Shown here: positions 28,676 through 38,213 of the stretch, piece after piece
How the letters are laid out: every line of letters starts with the position of its first letter
How positions within the stretch are numbered: position 1 is the stretch's first letter
Source of the DNA: a virus
DNA length: 64,000 bases
Reading direction: 5' to 3' (one strand)
IMG/VR virus record: IMGVR_UViG_3300020175_001039
Location: 1 to 64,000 of that record
Notes under the pieces: model-generated
What the model saw: only the letters and a program-made list of their open reading frames with translations
Told to the model about the DNA's origin: nothing
Databases searched by the model: none
Made by a program: the position numbers and the translations under genes

Positions 28676-29248
28676 TCATGCAGTCTGTTTGACTGACTTT
28701 TTTCTGCCAGGCTTCAATTCTGGAGCCATATCATATGCTTGCGCTTTAAGAGCCTTTGCTTCTTCTTCGAATGTTTTGGCCTGTGCTAGCATAGTTTTTG
28801 CGATATCAGCTTCATTCATTGTATTTTCTGCTGGTGCCGATTGAGATGCCATTGTAATTTGATCAGTTGGAGGTGCTACTACATCCTCGCCTGATTGCTC
28901 ACGAATGATTGCATTTAATTCATCTAAACGAATTTTTACTTCAGCATTAGGAGTCATTGATATATTTTTGGTTTGTTGCTTTTGCAAGATACCACGTGAA
29001 TGTAATGTATTCAACATATTTGTACCATCACTAAGTGCTTGGCGTGCTGCATACTCATAAAAGTTTGCACTAGCCTGGGCACCCGGGCTGTCAACTGCGT
29101 TAATGATATCATCATGCATCCAGTCTGGCAGGCTATCAGTGTCTACTACCAAGCAATTTTGCGGTTCATCAGGCACTTCACGAAATACTACTACACAACG
29201 TTTTTGTGTATTAATAATCTGTCCCACATGTTTTGTATTTTTAGCCAT
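28676..29248 (-). CDS. Hypothetical phage protein
   Basis: ORF with GGAG RBS. Confidence 0.7.
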   Translation of the reverse strand: MAKNTKHVGQIINTQKRCVVVFREVPDEPQNCLVVDTDSLPDWMHDDIINAVDSPGAQASANFYEYAARQALSDGTNMLNTLHSRGILQKQQTKNISMTPNAEVKIRLDELNAIIREQSGEDVVAPPTDQITMASQSAPAENTMNEADIAKTMLAQAKTFEEEAKALKAQAYDMAPELKPGRKKSVKQTA

Positions 29249-29458
29249 TTACTCCTCCTCGGATGTGGTCGTCTCATCTGGTTGTTCTGGCGCAAGTGCT
29301 TTAAGCAAATTAACTAGTTTGTTAAATGCTGTGCCAACAGTTTCAGCTTCAGCGCCTTTAAATGCACCACGTTGTACTGAAAGATCAATGATGTTAGCCA
29401 TCAGTGTCAAGTCTTGCAACGTAAGTTGTGGTACTTCTTGTGTGTTTTGTTCAGTCAT
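29249..29458 (-). CDS. Hypothetical phage protein
   Basis: AGGAG RBS; CATAAATA late-like motif upstream at 29487-29494. Confidence 0.7.
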   Translation of the reverse strand: MTEQNTQEVPQLTLQDLTLMANIIDLSVQRGAFKGAEAETVGTAFNKLVNLLKALAPEQPDETTTSEEE

Positions 29459-29489
29459 AATTTTCTCCTATATTAACTGCTATGTTTAT

Positions 29490-29771
29490 TTATGCAGATA
29501 GTTTCTGCGTAAATAGATTTTTTTCAAATGTTTCTAGGTCAGCTTCTAATTCAAACCATACTTGAAAAATTTTATGTGGATCAAGTTTCCTAATATGATA
29601 TAGTCCTTGTATATCTGTAGTTAACTGTTCCCAACTTGGGTCATATGAATCGGCAACTTTTACTATGCGCCGGTTTCTCATCATCTGCAACAGAATTGGA
29701 TCACCTATTAATAAAGACAAGTCAGTTTCACTTAAACTTCCTCTGTTGCTGTACATCTTAATCTTACTCAT
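29490..29771 (-). CDS. Hypothetical protein
   Basis: ORF coupled to VWA gene. Confidence 0.55.
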   Translation of the reverse strand: MSKIKMYSNRGSLSETDLSLLIGDPILLQMMRNRRIVKVADSYDPSWEQLTTDIQGLYHIRKLDPHKIFQVWFELEADLETFEKNLFTQKLSA

Positions 29772-30933
29772 AATGAATGGTTACTCCCCATGGCGCTTGA
29801 ATACGCTGTTTAGGATCTCCGTGAACAACAAACAATGTATCACAGTAGTCTGGGTTACCCCAAGAGCTCCATGGATATCCGTCAGTAAACATGATTAGTT
29901 GATCTGGCACAATGTCTTCTTGAGCCAAATAACTAAACACTACATCAAAGTCAGTGCCGCCCCCGCCTACCAATTCGTATTCAGATATTGAACGACCATC
30001 ATCACTTGTAAAGTCTTCTGCACCGTATACGTTAGTATCAAACTGCAATACATGAATACGATAGCTTGAATATTGATCCATAATGCCACCAACTTCACTT
30101 AGGAAGTCACGCAACATATCTTGGCTAATACTACCACTGGTATCCAGTGCAACGCAGATATTTAGTTCCTCGTCACGGTTCATACCTGGAAAGATAACAT
30201 CTCCTGAACGCTTGGAGGGACGCATAAAAGTAAAGTCACTTTTAATACTGCTCTCAAGTTGAGTGCGTAGTACGTCCCTCCAGTCCATTTTAGGTGCTAC
30301 CAGCTCATTAATCATACGCTTGATTACTTCTGGCACACCATCACCGGCGGCTTGAGCGGCTTGGATAGTGGCTTGTTTGATCTCGTCAGCAAGTTGCTTG
30401 CGCTCCTCTTCTGACATTTCAATTTTTACACCTTTGCCTTCGCCGTCTTCATCGCCGGGTTCAGCTACTTCCAAATGCACGTCCATGCCCTCGGCATCTT
30501 TTGCATTTTCAAATAGATCGTCATAAATTTCGTAGCTGTTCCAGCCTTTGTATTTCCAGTCCAGGCACATTGAACCACCATCTAGTTTATCACTAGTAAT
30601 TGGCTCCCCGATATTTTGCTCTACAAGAGTCATGTTGATATTAAAGTCTGCGGCGGCATTATACAACCTCGGCAACCGATCACCACGTGCTTCCATGTGA
30701 TCAAACACACAGTGCAATACCTCGTGTCCTACCAAGAAATCCAACATAGGATCAGTAAGGTTATCTACAAATGTACGATTGAACATAAACTTACGGCCAT
30801 CAGTTGCCGCGGTTGGAATGTAATCACTGGCATCTTCAATACGAAGCCGTACAGCTAGTGTACCAAAGAATGGCTTTGTCATTAGTAGTCGAACACGTGA
30901 CTGAGTAATACGTTCTTCAGCTGTCTTTTGCAT
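29764..30933 (-). CDS. HEXXH metallopeptidase-like / VWA domain protein (DUF2201-type)
   Basis: TAATDG, HEVLH, DTSGS MIDAS, GGGTDF, FTDG. Confidence 0.85.
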   Translation of the reverse strand: MQKTAEERITQSRVRLLMTKPFFGTLAVRLRIEDASDYIPTAATDGRKFMFNRTFVDNLTDPMLDFLVGHEVLHCVFDHMEARGDRLPRLYNAAADFNINMTLVEQNIGEPITSDKLDGGSMCLDWKYKGWNSYEIYDDLFENAKDAEGMDVHLEVAEPGDEDGEGKGVKIEMSEEERKQLADEIKQATIQAAQAAGDGVPEVIKRMINELVAPKMDWRDVLRTQLESSIKSDFTFMRPSKRSGDVIFPGMNRDEELNICVALDTSGSISQDMLRDFLSEVGGIMDQYSSYRIHVLQFDTNVYGAEDFTSDDGRSISEYELVGGGGTDFDVVFSYLAQEDIVPDQLIMFTDGYPWSSWGNPDYCDTLFVVHGDPKQRIQAPWGVTIHYE

Positions 30934-30964
30934 AGTGTTTACCTTTTTATCAACTTACCCTGTT

Positions 30965-30992
30965 ATAATAGCACATCTAGAAGCAATGTCAA
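30965..30992 (-). promoter_or_regulatory. sigma70-type promoter
   Basis: TTGACA-16-TATTAT with TG extension; TTCTAGAT in spacer. Confidence 0.55.
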
Positions 30993-31324
30993 CCATAAAT
31001 TGAAAGTTTAAAGATTAAAGCATCTTCTGGATTTTTAAAATAGAACAAATGACTATCATCTGGATGTGCAAACTTACGATAGTCCCAATCTTGCATGAAT
31101 AAATTTTGTTTACACCACTTAATTGCCTTGTCTAAATTGCCACGCACAGTTATAGTTTCGCATGATTCAGCCCAGGATTTTTTGAACTCATATACATCAC
31201 GTGGAACCCAATCTTTACATTCTAGTCCGTACAACCGAATATTGGTGCGTTCTCTTGGATTATAAAGGGAGAGATCAACAGTCTCTCCCTCCTTTAGTTT
31301 AGGTGTAATATACGAAGCTGACAT
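30989..31324 (-). CDS. Hypothetical protein
   Basis: TAATG-coupled ORF. Confidence 0.6.
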   Translation of the reverse strand: MSASYITPKLKEGETVDLSLYNPRERTNIRLYGLECKDWVPRDVYEFKKSWAESCETITVRGNLDKAIKWCKQNLFMQDWDYRKFAHPDDSHLFYFKNPEDALIFKLSIYG

Positions 31325-32442
31325 TATGCATCCAACACAAGACGACCGTAACGCTCGAAATATTCATTAAAACGTTCAATTTTGTCTTGCTTTGGTACTA
31401 ACTTGTATTGTTGCATAGCAATACGTGATGCCATGATAACCATCTCAGTCTCAAAGTTATCCATCATAAAGCCAATAAAGTTACTGAAGCTCTTGTGGTA
31501 AAGTGCCATTTGCTTGCTATCAGCACCTGCTTTTTCTCCAGCAATGTGGCGGTCCCGCAATACATAACATAGGCTGGTAGCCAATGCATACTTGGCACTG
31601 ATTTCAGTGCTTTCCATTTTTTTAACTTTGGCATCTAGTACATCTTCTGGAATAGGAAGGTCACCTGCAATTTTTTTGTGTGCCATAAATTTAACAGCCG
31701 TGCCTTCTCCTACACAACCTGCAACCATATCAGTCTGTAAGCTATCGCTAAGGTCATCTGCATCCTGTACTAGCTCTGAAACAAATGTCCACGAGCGAGG
31801 TGTAGCAAAACCACGTGAGCTGGATTGTGGATCAAAGTTATAAAGATCGCCTTTAGCAAATGAAAGGTAACCAACAACATCTGCATCCATGCCGTTGTTA
31901 ACAGCCCAATTCAACCAATCACCAAAATCAACACGTAGTTCAAAGTGAACAAAACGATTCTCAAGTGGCTTAGGCATGCGGTATGTAACACCTTTGTCTG
32001 TCTCACGGTTACCTGCTGCAATAATAACAACGTTGTCTGGCAATACATATTGTCCAATACGACGGTTAAGAATAAGCTGATAGCCAGCAGCCTGTACACT
32101 TGGTGCGGCGCTGTTCATTTCGTCTAGGAACATAATAACAGTATCATACTGATCTGCTTCAGCCTGTGTTGGCAAATCTGCAGGCGGCAACCAAACCATT
32201 TCACGTGTTACCATATCTGGTGCAGGATATCCACGCAAGTCTGTAGGCTCAAACAATGCAAGCCGCATGTCAATTACTTTGGTATTGCCTAGTACGCCAC
32301 TGTCACCAATACCTTGCACTAGTTCTGATTTACCAATGCCCGGAGGACCCCACAAAAATACAGGGCGTTTTTTCTTAAATGCACGAGTAATAAGCTGCGT
32401 GGCTTCGGAAATTTTTACGGTGCGTGTATCTGTTATTTGCAT
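31324..32442 (-). CDS. AAA+ ATPase (MoxR-like partner of VWA protein)
   Basis: GPPGIGKS Walker A, MFLDE Walker B, AAGNR, NRF. Confidence 0.85.
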   Translation of the reverse strand: MQITDTRTVKISEATQLITRAFKKKRPVFLWGPPGIGKSELVQGIGDSGVLGNTKVIDMRLALFEPTDLRGYPAPDMVTREMVWLPPADLPTQAEADQYDTVIMFLDEMNSAAPSVQAAGYQLILNRRIGQYVLPDNVVIIAAGNRETDKGVTYRMPKPLENRFVHFELRVDFGDWLNWAVNNGMDADVVGYLSFAKGDLYNFDPQSSSRGFATPRSWTFVSELVQDADDLSDSLQTDMVAGCVGEGTAVKFMAHKKIAGDLPIPEDVLDAKVKKMESTEISAKYALATSLCYVLRDRHIAGEKAGADSKQMALYHKSFSNFIGFMMDNFETEMVIMASRIAMQQYKLVPKQDKIERFNEYFERYGRLVLDA

Positions 32443-32474
32443 CTTGCTAGTCCTTCTTTTTTAGCTATACCGTC

Positions 32475-32503
32475 ATACTATATTATTATTGTTATACAGT
32501 CAA
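32475..32503 (-). promoter_or_regulatory. sigma70-type promoter
   Basis: TTGACT-17-TAGTAT. Confidence 0.5.
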
Positions 32504-32504
32504 G

Positions 32505-32529
32505 AAAAAAGCGAACCTAAGTTCGCTTT
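32505..32529 (-). terminator. Intrinsic terminator (repeated at 51874-51903)
   Basis: AAAGCGAAC-TTAG-GTTCGC-T6. Confidence 0.65.
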
Positions 32530-32541
32530 GATATCAATGGG

Positions 32542-32898
32542 TTAGGATTTTTTTTGACAATTTTTAATTAGATCTCTTGCCATTGTTAGATCAGAATCTT
32601 CATCTACTATTTGATCAACAATGTCCAATGCCATCATTTCTATTTGTACTTCCTCTTCCATCTCTTGACTAAGTTTATCAATTTCTTCAGATATCCATTT
32701 GTCCAATGCTTCCATGTCTCCATCAACCATGTTGAGAAGTTTGTCAGCAAAGTCATCCTTTTGGGTGTCTGTAAGAGGCTTGAACGGCCATTGTTGTCCA
32801 CTTGCCATGCGATTGTATTCCCATCCATTTTTAAACCCATAATAGGGCTGTGTAAAATTAAAACTAATAGACCAATTGTCTGGTTTATCAGTACTCAT
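32542..32898 (-). CDS. Hypothetical protein
   Basis: ORF in operon. Confidence 0.55.
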   Translation of the reverse strand: MSTDKPDNWSISFNFTQPYYGFKNGWEYNRMASGQQWPFKPLTDTQKDDFADKLLNMVDGDMEALDKWISEEIDKLSQEMEEEVQIEMMALDIVDQIVDEDSDLTMARDLIKNCQKKS

Positions 32899-33070
32899 CG
32901 ATCAAGAACTCTTCTTCCATATCGTCCTCAAATTGCTGTAACATTTGTCGTTTTTCCAGCAATAACTTTTCCAGATTCCAAACTGCTGCATATTTTTCAT
33001 CACTTGCGCCTTCGTTAAAAGCAACCAGTGCTGATTCTAAAACAACGATATCGTTAACTACGTCTTGCAT
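32888..33070 (-). CDS. Hypothetical protein
   Basis: AGGAG RBS, TAATG coupling. Confidence 0.6.
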   Translation of the reverse strand: MQDVVNDIVVLESALVAFNEGASDEKYAAVWNLEKLLLEKRQMLQQFEDDMEEEFLIDEY

Positions 33071-33276
33071 TATTCTTCTCCTACGAAGTTTGTTTCGATT
33101 GATTTGATATGTTTGCATTTCTTAAATGCTGGACAATCACACGTAAAGCCGTTGTCTAACATCTTTATAGTATACTGTCTATTATTACTTCCGTCAACAG
33201 TCCATTGGGTATCTACTGCCCAATGTTTACGGGTATTAATCAGTTCTGACGGAAATATTTTCGGTCCGTACTTCAT
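33070..33276 (-). CDS. SWIM zinc-finger protein
   Basis: FTCDCPAFKKCKH (CxC..CxH). Confidence 0.7.
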   Translation of the reverse strand: MKYGPKIFPSELINTRKHWAVDTQWTVDGSNNRQYTIKMLDNGFTCDCPAFKKCKHIKSIETNFVGEE

Positions 33277-33279
33277 GAT

Positions 33280-33519
33280 TTATTCCTGGATTTGTGGATA
33301 TTTTTTAGCAATAGCTTGAATAAATCGACGTTGCTCTGGAGTGATTTCATTTAATCGGGTGCCGAAAGGAGCGCCTACTGTTGTGAGCATATTGCCTATT
33401 ACTGCCATTTTATTGGATAGTGCATCGTCCTTTTCAACTGCGGCGAGGTCCATAATCTTACGTCCCATATTGCCAAGTTTGCGTTGTGATTCTGTAACCT
33501 CAAAAAATTGCACATTCAT
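33280..33519 (-). CDS. Hypothetical protein
   Basis: GGAG RBS, own promoter. Confidence 0.65.
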   Translation of the reverse strand: MNVQFFEVTESQRKLGNMGRKIMDLAAVEKDDALSNKMAVIGNMLTTVGAPFGTRLNEITPEQRRFIQAIAKKYPQIQE

Positions 33520-33557
33520 GTAATAAAACTCCGGTTGTTTATTTAACTTACTATACC

Positions 33558-33586
33558 AATATACAGTAAGATGTCTTACTTGTCAA
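33558..33586 (-). promoter_or_regulatory. sigma70-type promoter with palindromic operator in spacer
   Basis: TTGACA-17-TATATT; spacer AGTAAGA-CA-TCTTACT inverted repeat. Confidence 0.65.
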
Positions 33587-34889
33587 CACTTTTTTCATCT
33601 TTTTTTGATAAAAAATTATACATTTTTGGACACAACGATACGATACTCATGTTGTATATTTTATCCAGTTGTTTAAAATAGTCGTATGTTTTTTCAGGCA
33701 ACTCAGCATAATCGTCACCTCTTGATAAAAACTCAACCACACGTTCAACTTGCTTAACTGCCATAGTTGCTTTGCGTTTGTGTTTGTACTTTGAAATTAT
33801 CTGCAAACTCTTGCTTAGATCCACAAGGGCTTTTGTTTTTAATGCTTCGGGCATATACACTGCGCTTAATGGATGTGGAGGGTCAACAAATGCAACATGC
33901 ATGTCGAGATCATTTTCAACAATATATTCTACTACGCCCAACCAATCTAACATAGTAATAAAGTTAACAGTAATAGTTGCTTTAACTGTGATATTTTCTA
34001 CATTATTTTGTAAATCTATAATATTCTCATGCATCAAGTCCCAATCTGACCCATAACGAAAATATCCATAAAATTTCTTGCTGGTGTCGATACTGGCAAA
34101 TACCCTAAGGCTTTTAAATTTGTTCCATTCATCATAAAATTTATCATAGAGCTTGTGCTGTAAGTTTGTGTGATACCGCAAATCAATATTTTCTTTACGT
34201 TTAATCTTTGTGAGCCATTTTAAGTGCTTTTTATCCATCAGCGGTTCTCCGCCAGTAAAGTGTACACTTTTTAAATTGTCAGCCAAATCGTAAAACTCAT
34301 CCAGTGAATCTGGACAATTAATGAAATTGTCAATATATTTGATAGTTAAATTATCCGCTGTGGCACTTTCTGGCAAATATAATACTTCTGACATTTCTGG
34401 TACCATGTCAGGATTATGCCTAAGTAAACTCATCCAGCCGGTGCTGCTTTCAGGACTGCAATGTGCGCATGCTAAATTACAAACTCCGTGAGGACGTATT
34501 TCCATTGTGCTGATGTTTGATGGATAGCTCTGTGTTGGATCTTGTTTTATCTTTTCAACCACAGTGGCCAATTCTTGTTCTTCAACAATATTTTCCATAT
34601 AGTGCTTGTTAAATTCTTGCCTAGTACTAGTTACACCATCTGTTTCACGTGCATGGCACTGTCTGCAATTAGCATGTTCTTGTCCATTCCACAAGGCATT
34701 GCGCAACTCTTGCATATTTTGATTGTTGTATTCAGTTAATAGATTTTCGTTAGATCTCTTCCAACGTCCCATTTGCTCTTTGCTGCGATAACATGGCCTA
34801 AAAGAACCGCTTTGATCCAAGTCAAGATTAACATATGGTGCAAAACAAAAACTGTCTGGCAGTCCAAGTTTTTTTAGTTTATTTGCCAT
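33576..34889 (-). CDS. Radical SAM protein, N-terminal twitch domain (outside main island)
   Basis: FCFAPY..PCY..CRQC; CNLACAHC; FTGGEP. Confidence 0.9.
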   Translation of the reverse strand: MANKLKKLGLPDSFCFAPYVNLDLDQSGSFRPCYRSKEQMGRWKRSNENLLTEYNNQNMQELRNALWNGQEHANCRQCHARETDGVTSTRQEFNKHYMENIVEEQELATVVEKIKQDPTQSYPSNISTMEIRPHGVCNLACAHCSPESSTGWMSLLRHNPDMVPEMSEVLYLPESATADNLTIKYIDNFINCPDSLDEFYDLADNLKSVHFTGGEPLMDKKHLKWLTKIKRKENIDLRYHTNLQHKLYDKFYDEWNKFKSLRVFASIDTSKKFYGYFRYGSDWDLMHENIIDLQNNVENITVKATITVNFITMLDWLGVVEYIVENDLDMHVAFVDPPHPLSAVYMPEALKTKALVDLSKSLQIISKYKHKRKATMAVKQVERVVEFLSRGDDYAELPEKTYDYFKQLDKIYNMSIVSLCPKMYNFLSKKDEKSVDK

Positions 34890-35196
34890 CTAGCCATCCT
34901 TGCGCACCGGCCATGCGAGCCATAAATGCATCTCTTTCAGTAAAAAGTATAATTTTCTTTTTGTCCAAGTAATAGGGAAATGTCATTTTGCGCATAAGTG
35001 ATATTATATTACCAGCAGTTTTTGCAGGAGGATCAAATTCCCAATACTCGTATTGCTTCATCAAGACATTAGCACCATGTTTTTTTAAACGCAAGGTGCT
35101 TTTGTTGTGGAATACTTGTGTAATGGTATATTTGTTATCCAATAAGCCCAGTATTTTACTCTGGACTTTTTCCGTCTCTAGTAATTGTTTCTCCAT
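34879..35196 (-). CDS. Hypothetical phage protein
   Basis: ORF in operon. Confidence 0.55.
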   Translation of the reverse strand: MEKQLLETEKVQSKILGLLDNKYTITQVFHNKSTLRLKKHGANVLMKQYEYWEFDPPAKTAGNIISLMRKMTFPYYLDKKKIILFTERDAFMARMAGAQGWLDGK

Positions 35197-35458
35197 GTGA
35201 TAATTTTACAACCGTAAATTTGTGTGTATTAAACTTTTTATTCAGCCTGTCTGCTAAATTAAAGGCGTGGCCGCTGTTGCTGAAACTTACCTTTTTATAC
35301 TTTGGTCCTGGATAGTTAACTAGTGTATTTAAAGAACGAATATTAATTGGCTTATTTTCATAATAGACTGCATAGATTGCACCTGCTTCCAAAATTTGTT
35401 CTGTATTGTATTGCTTGTCACTAATCTCTATAATGATATTTGGTTTAGGTCTAGCCAT
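35156..35458 (-). CDS. Hypothetical phage protein
   Basis: AGGAG RBS, TATAAATA upstream. Confidence 0.7.
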   Translation of the reverse strand: MARPKPNIIIEISDKQYNTEQILEAGAIYAVYYENKPINIRSLNTLVNYPGPKYKKVSFSNSGHAFNLADRLNKKFNTHKFTVVKLSHGETITRDGKSPE

Positions 35459-35481
35459 GTAATATTTCTCTCCTGTATGTA

Positions 35482-35489
35482 TATTTATA
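35482..35489 (-). promoter_or_regulatory. T4-type late promoter motif TATAAATA
   Basis: Exact motif in intergenic gap upstream of ATG 35458. Confidence 0.5.
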
Positions 35490-35516
35490 CAAATTTGCAG
35501 GAAGGACGCATAATAG

Positions 35517-35975
35517 CTATCGGTTGTGCCTTTTCAAATCTAAATTCATCTCCCATTCCGTGGGATATGGTCCAGAATATTCATATTTGGTTAGTGTATC
35601 CAGCTTAGGACAATAGCTTGGTAGCCATTTCTTAAACTTAATGATGTAATAACCAGCCGCAAATATACTTTTACCAGTAGCAGTCTTTTTATATAATGGA
35701 AGATTACCATCATGTTCATATTCAATTGGATTAGAGAAGCTGCACGGAAACTTTTCTGAAAATCTTGTTACATATGACTCGGCTTTATTGTCACTCGTGT
35801 CTTTTGTCTGCAAGGTAAAAAGTTCATCTACATCAGTTAACATCTCAAGAGTGTTTGACTTTTGATTAAAAAATTCATACATTGAGTCATTTACACGGCG
35901 AAGTGTTCCCACCTTTCCGTGCTTGGTATTAACGATCCAATATTTGTCCTTGATAACTTCGTTTGCTGTATACAT
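35517..35975 (-). CDS. Hypothetical phage protein
   Basis: ATG immediately after upstream stop. Confidence 0.6.
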   Translation of the reverse strand: MYTANEVIKDKYWIVNTKHGKVGTLRRVNDSMYEFFNQKSNTLEMLTDVDELFTLQTKDTSDNKAESYVTRFSEKFPCSFSNPIEYEHDGNLPLYKKTATGKSIFAAGYYIIKFKKWLPSYCPKLDTLTKYEYSGPYPTEWEMNLDLKRHNR

Positions 35976-35976
35976 A

Positions 35977-36303
35977 TCAACGCTTTGCGTGGCTGCCGTC
36001 ACAGTATGGCTTATTTTCACTCTTTCCACAACTGCATACTCCGCCCAGACGGCGGAAGCCAGTTACACTGGCGAGGCGAAAGCTGCGCCAGCCATTGGCA
36101 TTAATATCCCACACTACATGCACATTTTCGTTGGGTTCTCGATTGCGATTGATTTCATCTTCAGAAGCAACTGGGGTGGGTATTACACGTTTATGGAGTG
36201 TGCATGTCATTACACGTTGTTCTCCGTCTACTTTGTTAAACGTTACTTCAAAAATACCACGTTTAAGTTCATTCAGTGCGTCTTGATAGGATAAATTTTC
36301 CAT
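35977..36303 (-). CDS. SH3/Sm-like (T4 gp24.3/WYL_2-like) domain fused to CDGSH iron-sulfur motif
   Basis: VTFNKVDGEQRVMTCTL...VWDINANGWRSFR plus C-terminal CSCGKSENKPYCDGSH. Confidence 0.75.
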   Translation of the reverse strand: MENLSYQDALNELKRGIFEVTFNKVDGEQRVMTCTLHKRVIPTPVASEDEINRNREPNENVHVVWDINANGWRSFRLASVTGFRRLGGVCSCGKSENKPYCDGSHAKR

Positions 36304-36304
36304 G

Positions 36305-37297
36305 TTAGTCTCCATATGCTGAGTTAAGATATTTTGCATGATCGTTAGCGTTTTTACTTACGTTGTCCAATTGATACTTTCCACAAAAACGCATAAAATG
36401 AATGCCTACTTGAGGGATACGTTCTTTTTGTACCTGTTCAACAATAGCTGCGTCCAACTGTGCTTTTACTTCATCGGGCTGTTGTGTCAAGTCAATCAAG
36501 TGTACGTTGCGTTGATAGTCTTCCAATACACGATGCTCTACGCCTTCATGATCTACCCATCGCTGTAGCATGAAATTATTCCAGTTGTAGCCTTTGGTAT
36601 CTTTATCAGCATATGCTTCCAGCATACCAACCTTGTTCTTAGTGCCCTTCTTGCGTACGCCAGGGTATGCACTAAACACGTTATCAGCAGTGTCACCACG
36701 TACACACTTTTCGAACAACAGCCACTTAGGATCACCAATTACTTTGGGCTCCTTGGTCTTCTTGTCTTTTACTGGGCGACCACGGTCATCAAACACACCA
36801 TCGATTGTCATCAGATGTCCAGCAATGCCATTATATTGTGTTACGTTTTCATTAATAAGCTGATAGAAGTCACTGTCACTACTAACAATAACATGCTTGT
36901 CATCCGGATGGTTCTGGATCCAACGTGCAATAAAGTCATCAGCCTCACAGATTCTGTCCTGCAATACTGTTACATTTGTCTTCTCACGCATAAACCCTTG
37001 GAACTCATCAAATGCGTCCCAGAACTTCTGATCTTCAGCCTGTTGTGCATCTGTTTTTGCATCACGTACTTCTGCACGGTTACGCTTATACGGAGTATAA
37101 AAGTCCTTGCGCCAGCTACGCCCTTCCAAGCACACAACTACATGAGTACCGCCTTGGTCTCGCCATGTTTTATTAATACTGTTAAACATGATATGATAAC
37201 TCATAGCAATTTTAGTATCCATGTCATCGCCACGTACTACGTGACGAGCTCGCATGAACATATTAGCAGCATCTACCAGAATGTAAGTATTACTCAT
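36305..37297 (-). CDS. rnh: T4-like RNase H / 5'-3' flap exonuclease
   Basis: LVD, SWRK..Y..YK.NR, EADD, SSDSDF.QL, GDTADN. Confidence 0.85.
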   Translation of the reverse strand: MSNTYILVDAANMFMRARHVVRGDDMDTKIAMSYHIMFNSINKTWRDQGGTHVVVCLEGRSWRKDFYTPYKRNRAEVRDAKTDAQQAEDQKFWDAFDEFQGFMREKTNVTVLQDRICEADDFIARWIQNHPDDKHVIVSSDSDFYQLINENVTQYNGIAGHLMTIDGVFDDRGRPVKDKKTKEPKVIGDPKWLLFEKCVRGDTADNVFSAYPGVRKKGTKNKVGMLEAYADKDTKGYNWNNFMLQRWVDHEGVEHRVLEDYQRNVHLIDLTQQPDEVKAQLDAAIVEQVQKERIPQVGIHFMRFCGKYQLDNVSKNANDHAKYLNSAYGD

Positions 37298-37307
37298 GAG
37301 GTTCTCT

Positions 37308-37496
37308 CTATGTTAGGATTTCAGTTTCAAGAGCTACAATCTTTTCTTTTAGTAGCAATTTCTCTTGTTTAAGAGCCTTAATTTCTTGGTCAGTGGCAAT
37401 AGACGTAATCTCAATAATCTTGCTATCAAGATCACGATGCTTATTTGTCAAACTTGTCAAATAACGCTTTTTACTATTAATAGTACCAGTACCCAT
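37308..37496 (-). CDS. DUF465/YdcH-like coiled-coil protein
   Basis: HRDLDSKI...LKQEKLLLKEKI. Confidence 0.6.
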   Translation of the reverse strand: MGTGTINSKKRYLTSLTNKHRDLDSKIIEITSIATDQEIKALKQEKLLLKEKIVALETEILT

Positions 37497-37522
37497 GTTG
37501 TATCTCCTTTATGTTATTCTTT

Positions 37523-37551
37523 ATAATAGCATATGAATTATCACAAGTCAA
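37523..37551 (-). promoter_or_regulatory. sigma70-type promoter
   Basis: TTGACT-17-TATTAT, followed by AAGGAG RBS. Confidence 0.6.
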
Positions 37552-38213
37552 CTGGAAATTAATTCAAAATTGTAGCCGCACTCTTGAATAAATCTTAAAT
37601 TTTCTCTGTGGTAAGATTCAATTATATTCTTGTAATTTGGATCATAATCAACGTCTAAAAAGTCACACATTTTTTTAAGTTGATTTTCAGTATCATAGTG
37701 TACCATCTCGTGATATTCAATATCAAGTACCTTAATATTATTTTTCCGTGCTATCCAGGACAAGAACTTATAATGTTTAGCATATTTCAACTGTTTTAGG
37801 TTTGAGTATGTTGGTTTATTAGTAATGTTTAACCTTAAATTATGTTTTAAAGTGGCCAAATTATTAGCATAGTCTGAGCTTTTTGTAGTTTGGATAATGA
37901 TTACTTTTTTATTTTTAAGTGCCCTGAGATGCTCCTTATAGCGTGAAGCAGTGTATCGTTCGCTACCATATGCGTAAAATCCAGGGCCACGAAACCACAG
38001 GTTTATGTGGCTATGGCTAATGAGTTCATTATTTTTAGAATCATAGTATTCATTACTTAAACTATTATATTTTCCATGATACTTATAATTTAACAAATAA
38101 GTGCTTATAAAATAATGAAAAAAATTGCCGCCAGAGCCTCCGCGGAACACGACAGTGACCTCCCCAAAGATTTCTAGATCCTGGTATATTGGAGGATTAT
38201 ACTTCTTCAGCAA
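37548..38213 (-). CDS. Sulfotransferase-fold-like hypothetical protein (AT-rich)
   Basis: VFRGGSGGNF loop; C-term IEYHEM...LKKMCDFL resembles sulfotransferase tail. Confidence 0.4.
   Translation of the reverse strand: MLKKYNPPIYQDLEIFGEVTVVFRGGSGGNFFHYFISTYLLNYKYHGKYNSLSNEYYDSKNNELISHSHINLWFRGPGFYAYGSERYTASRYKEHLRALKNKKVIIIQTTKSSDYANNLATLKHNLRLNITNKPTYSNLKQLKYAKHYKFLSWIARKNNIKVLDIEYHEMVHYDTENQLKKMCDFLDVDYDPNYKNIIESYHRENLRFIQECGYNFELISS

Noticed and set aside
35976-36029. N-terminal extension of ORF 35517-36029
   Set aside because: Overlaps the CDGSH coding region; the ATG at 35975 right after the upstream stop is the better start.
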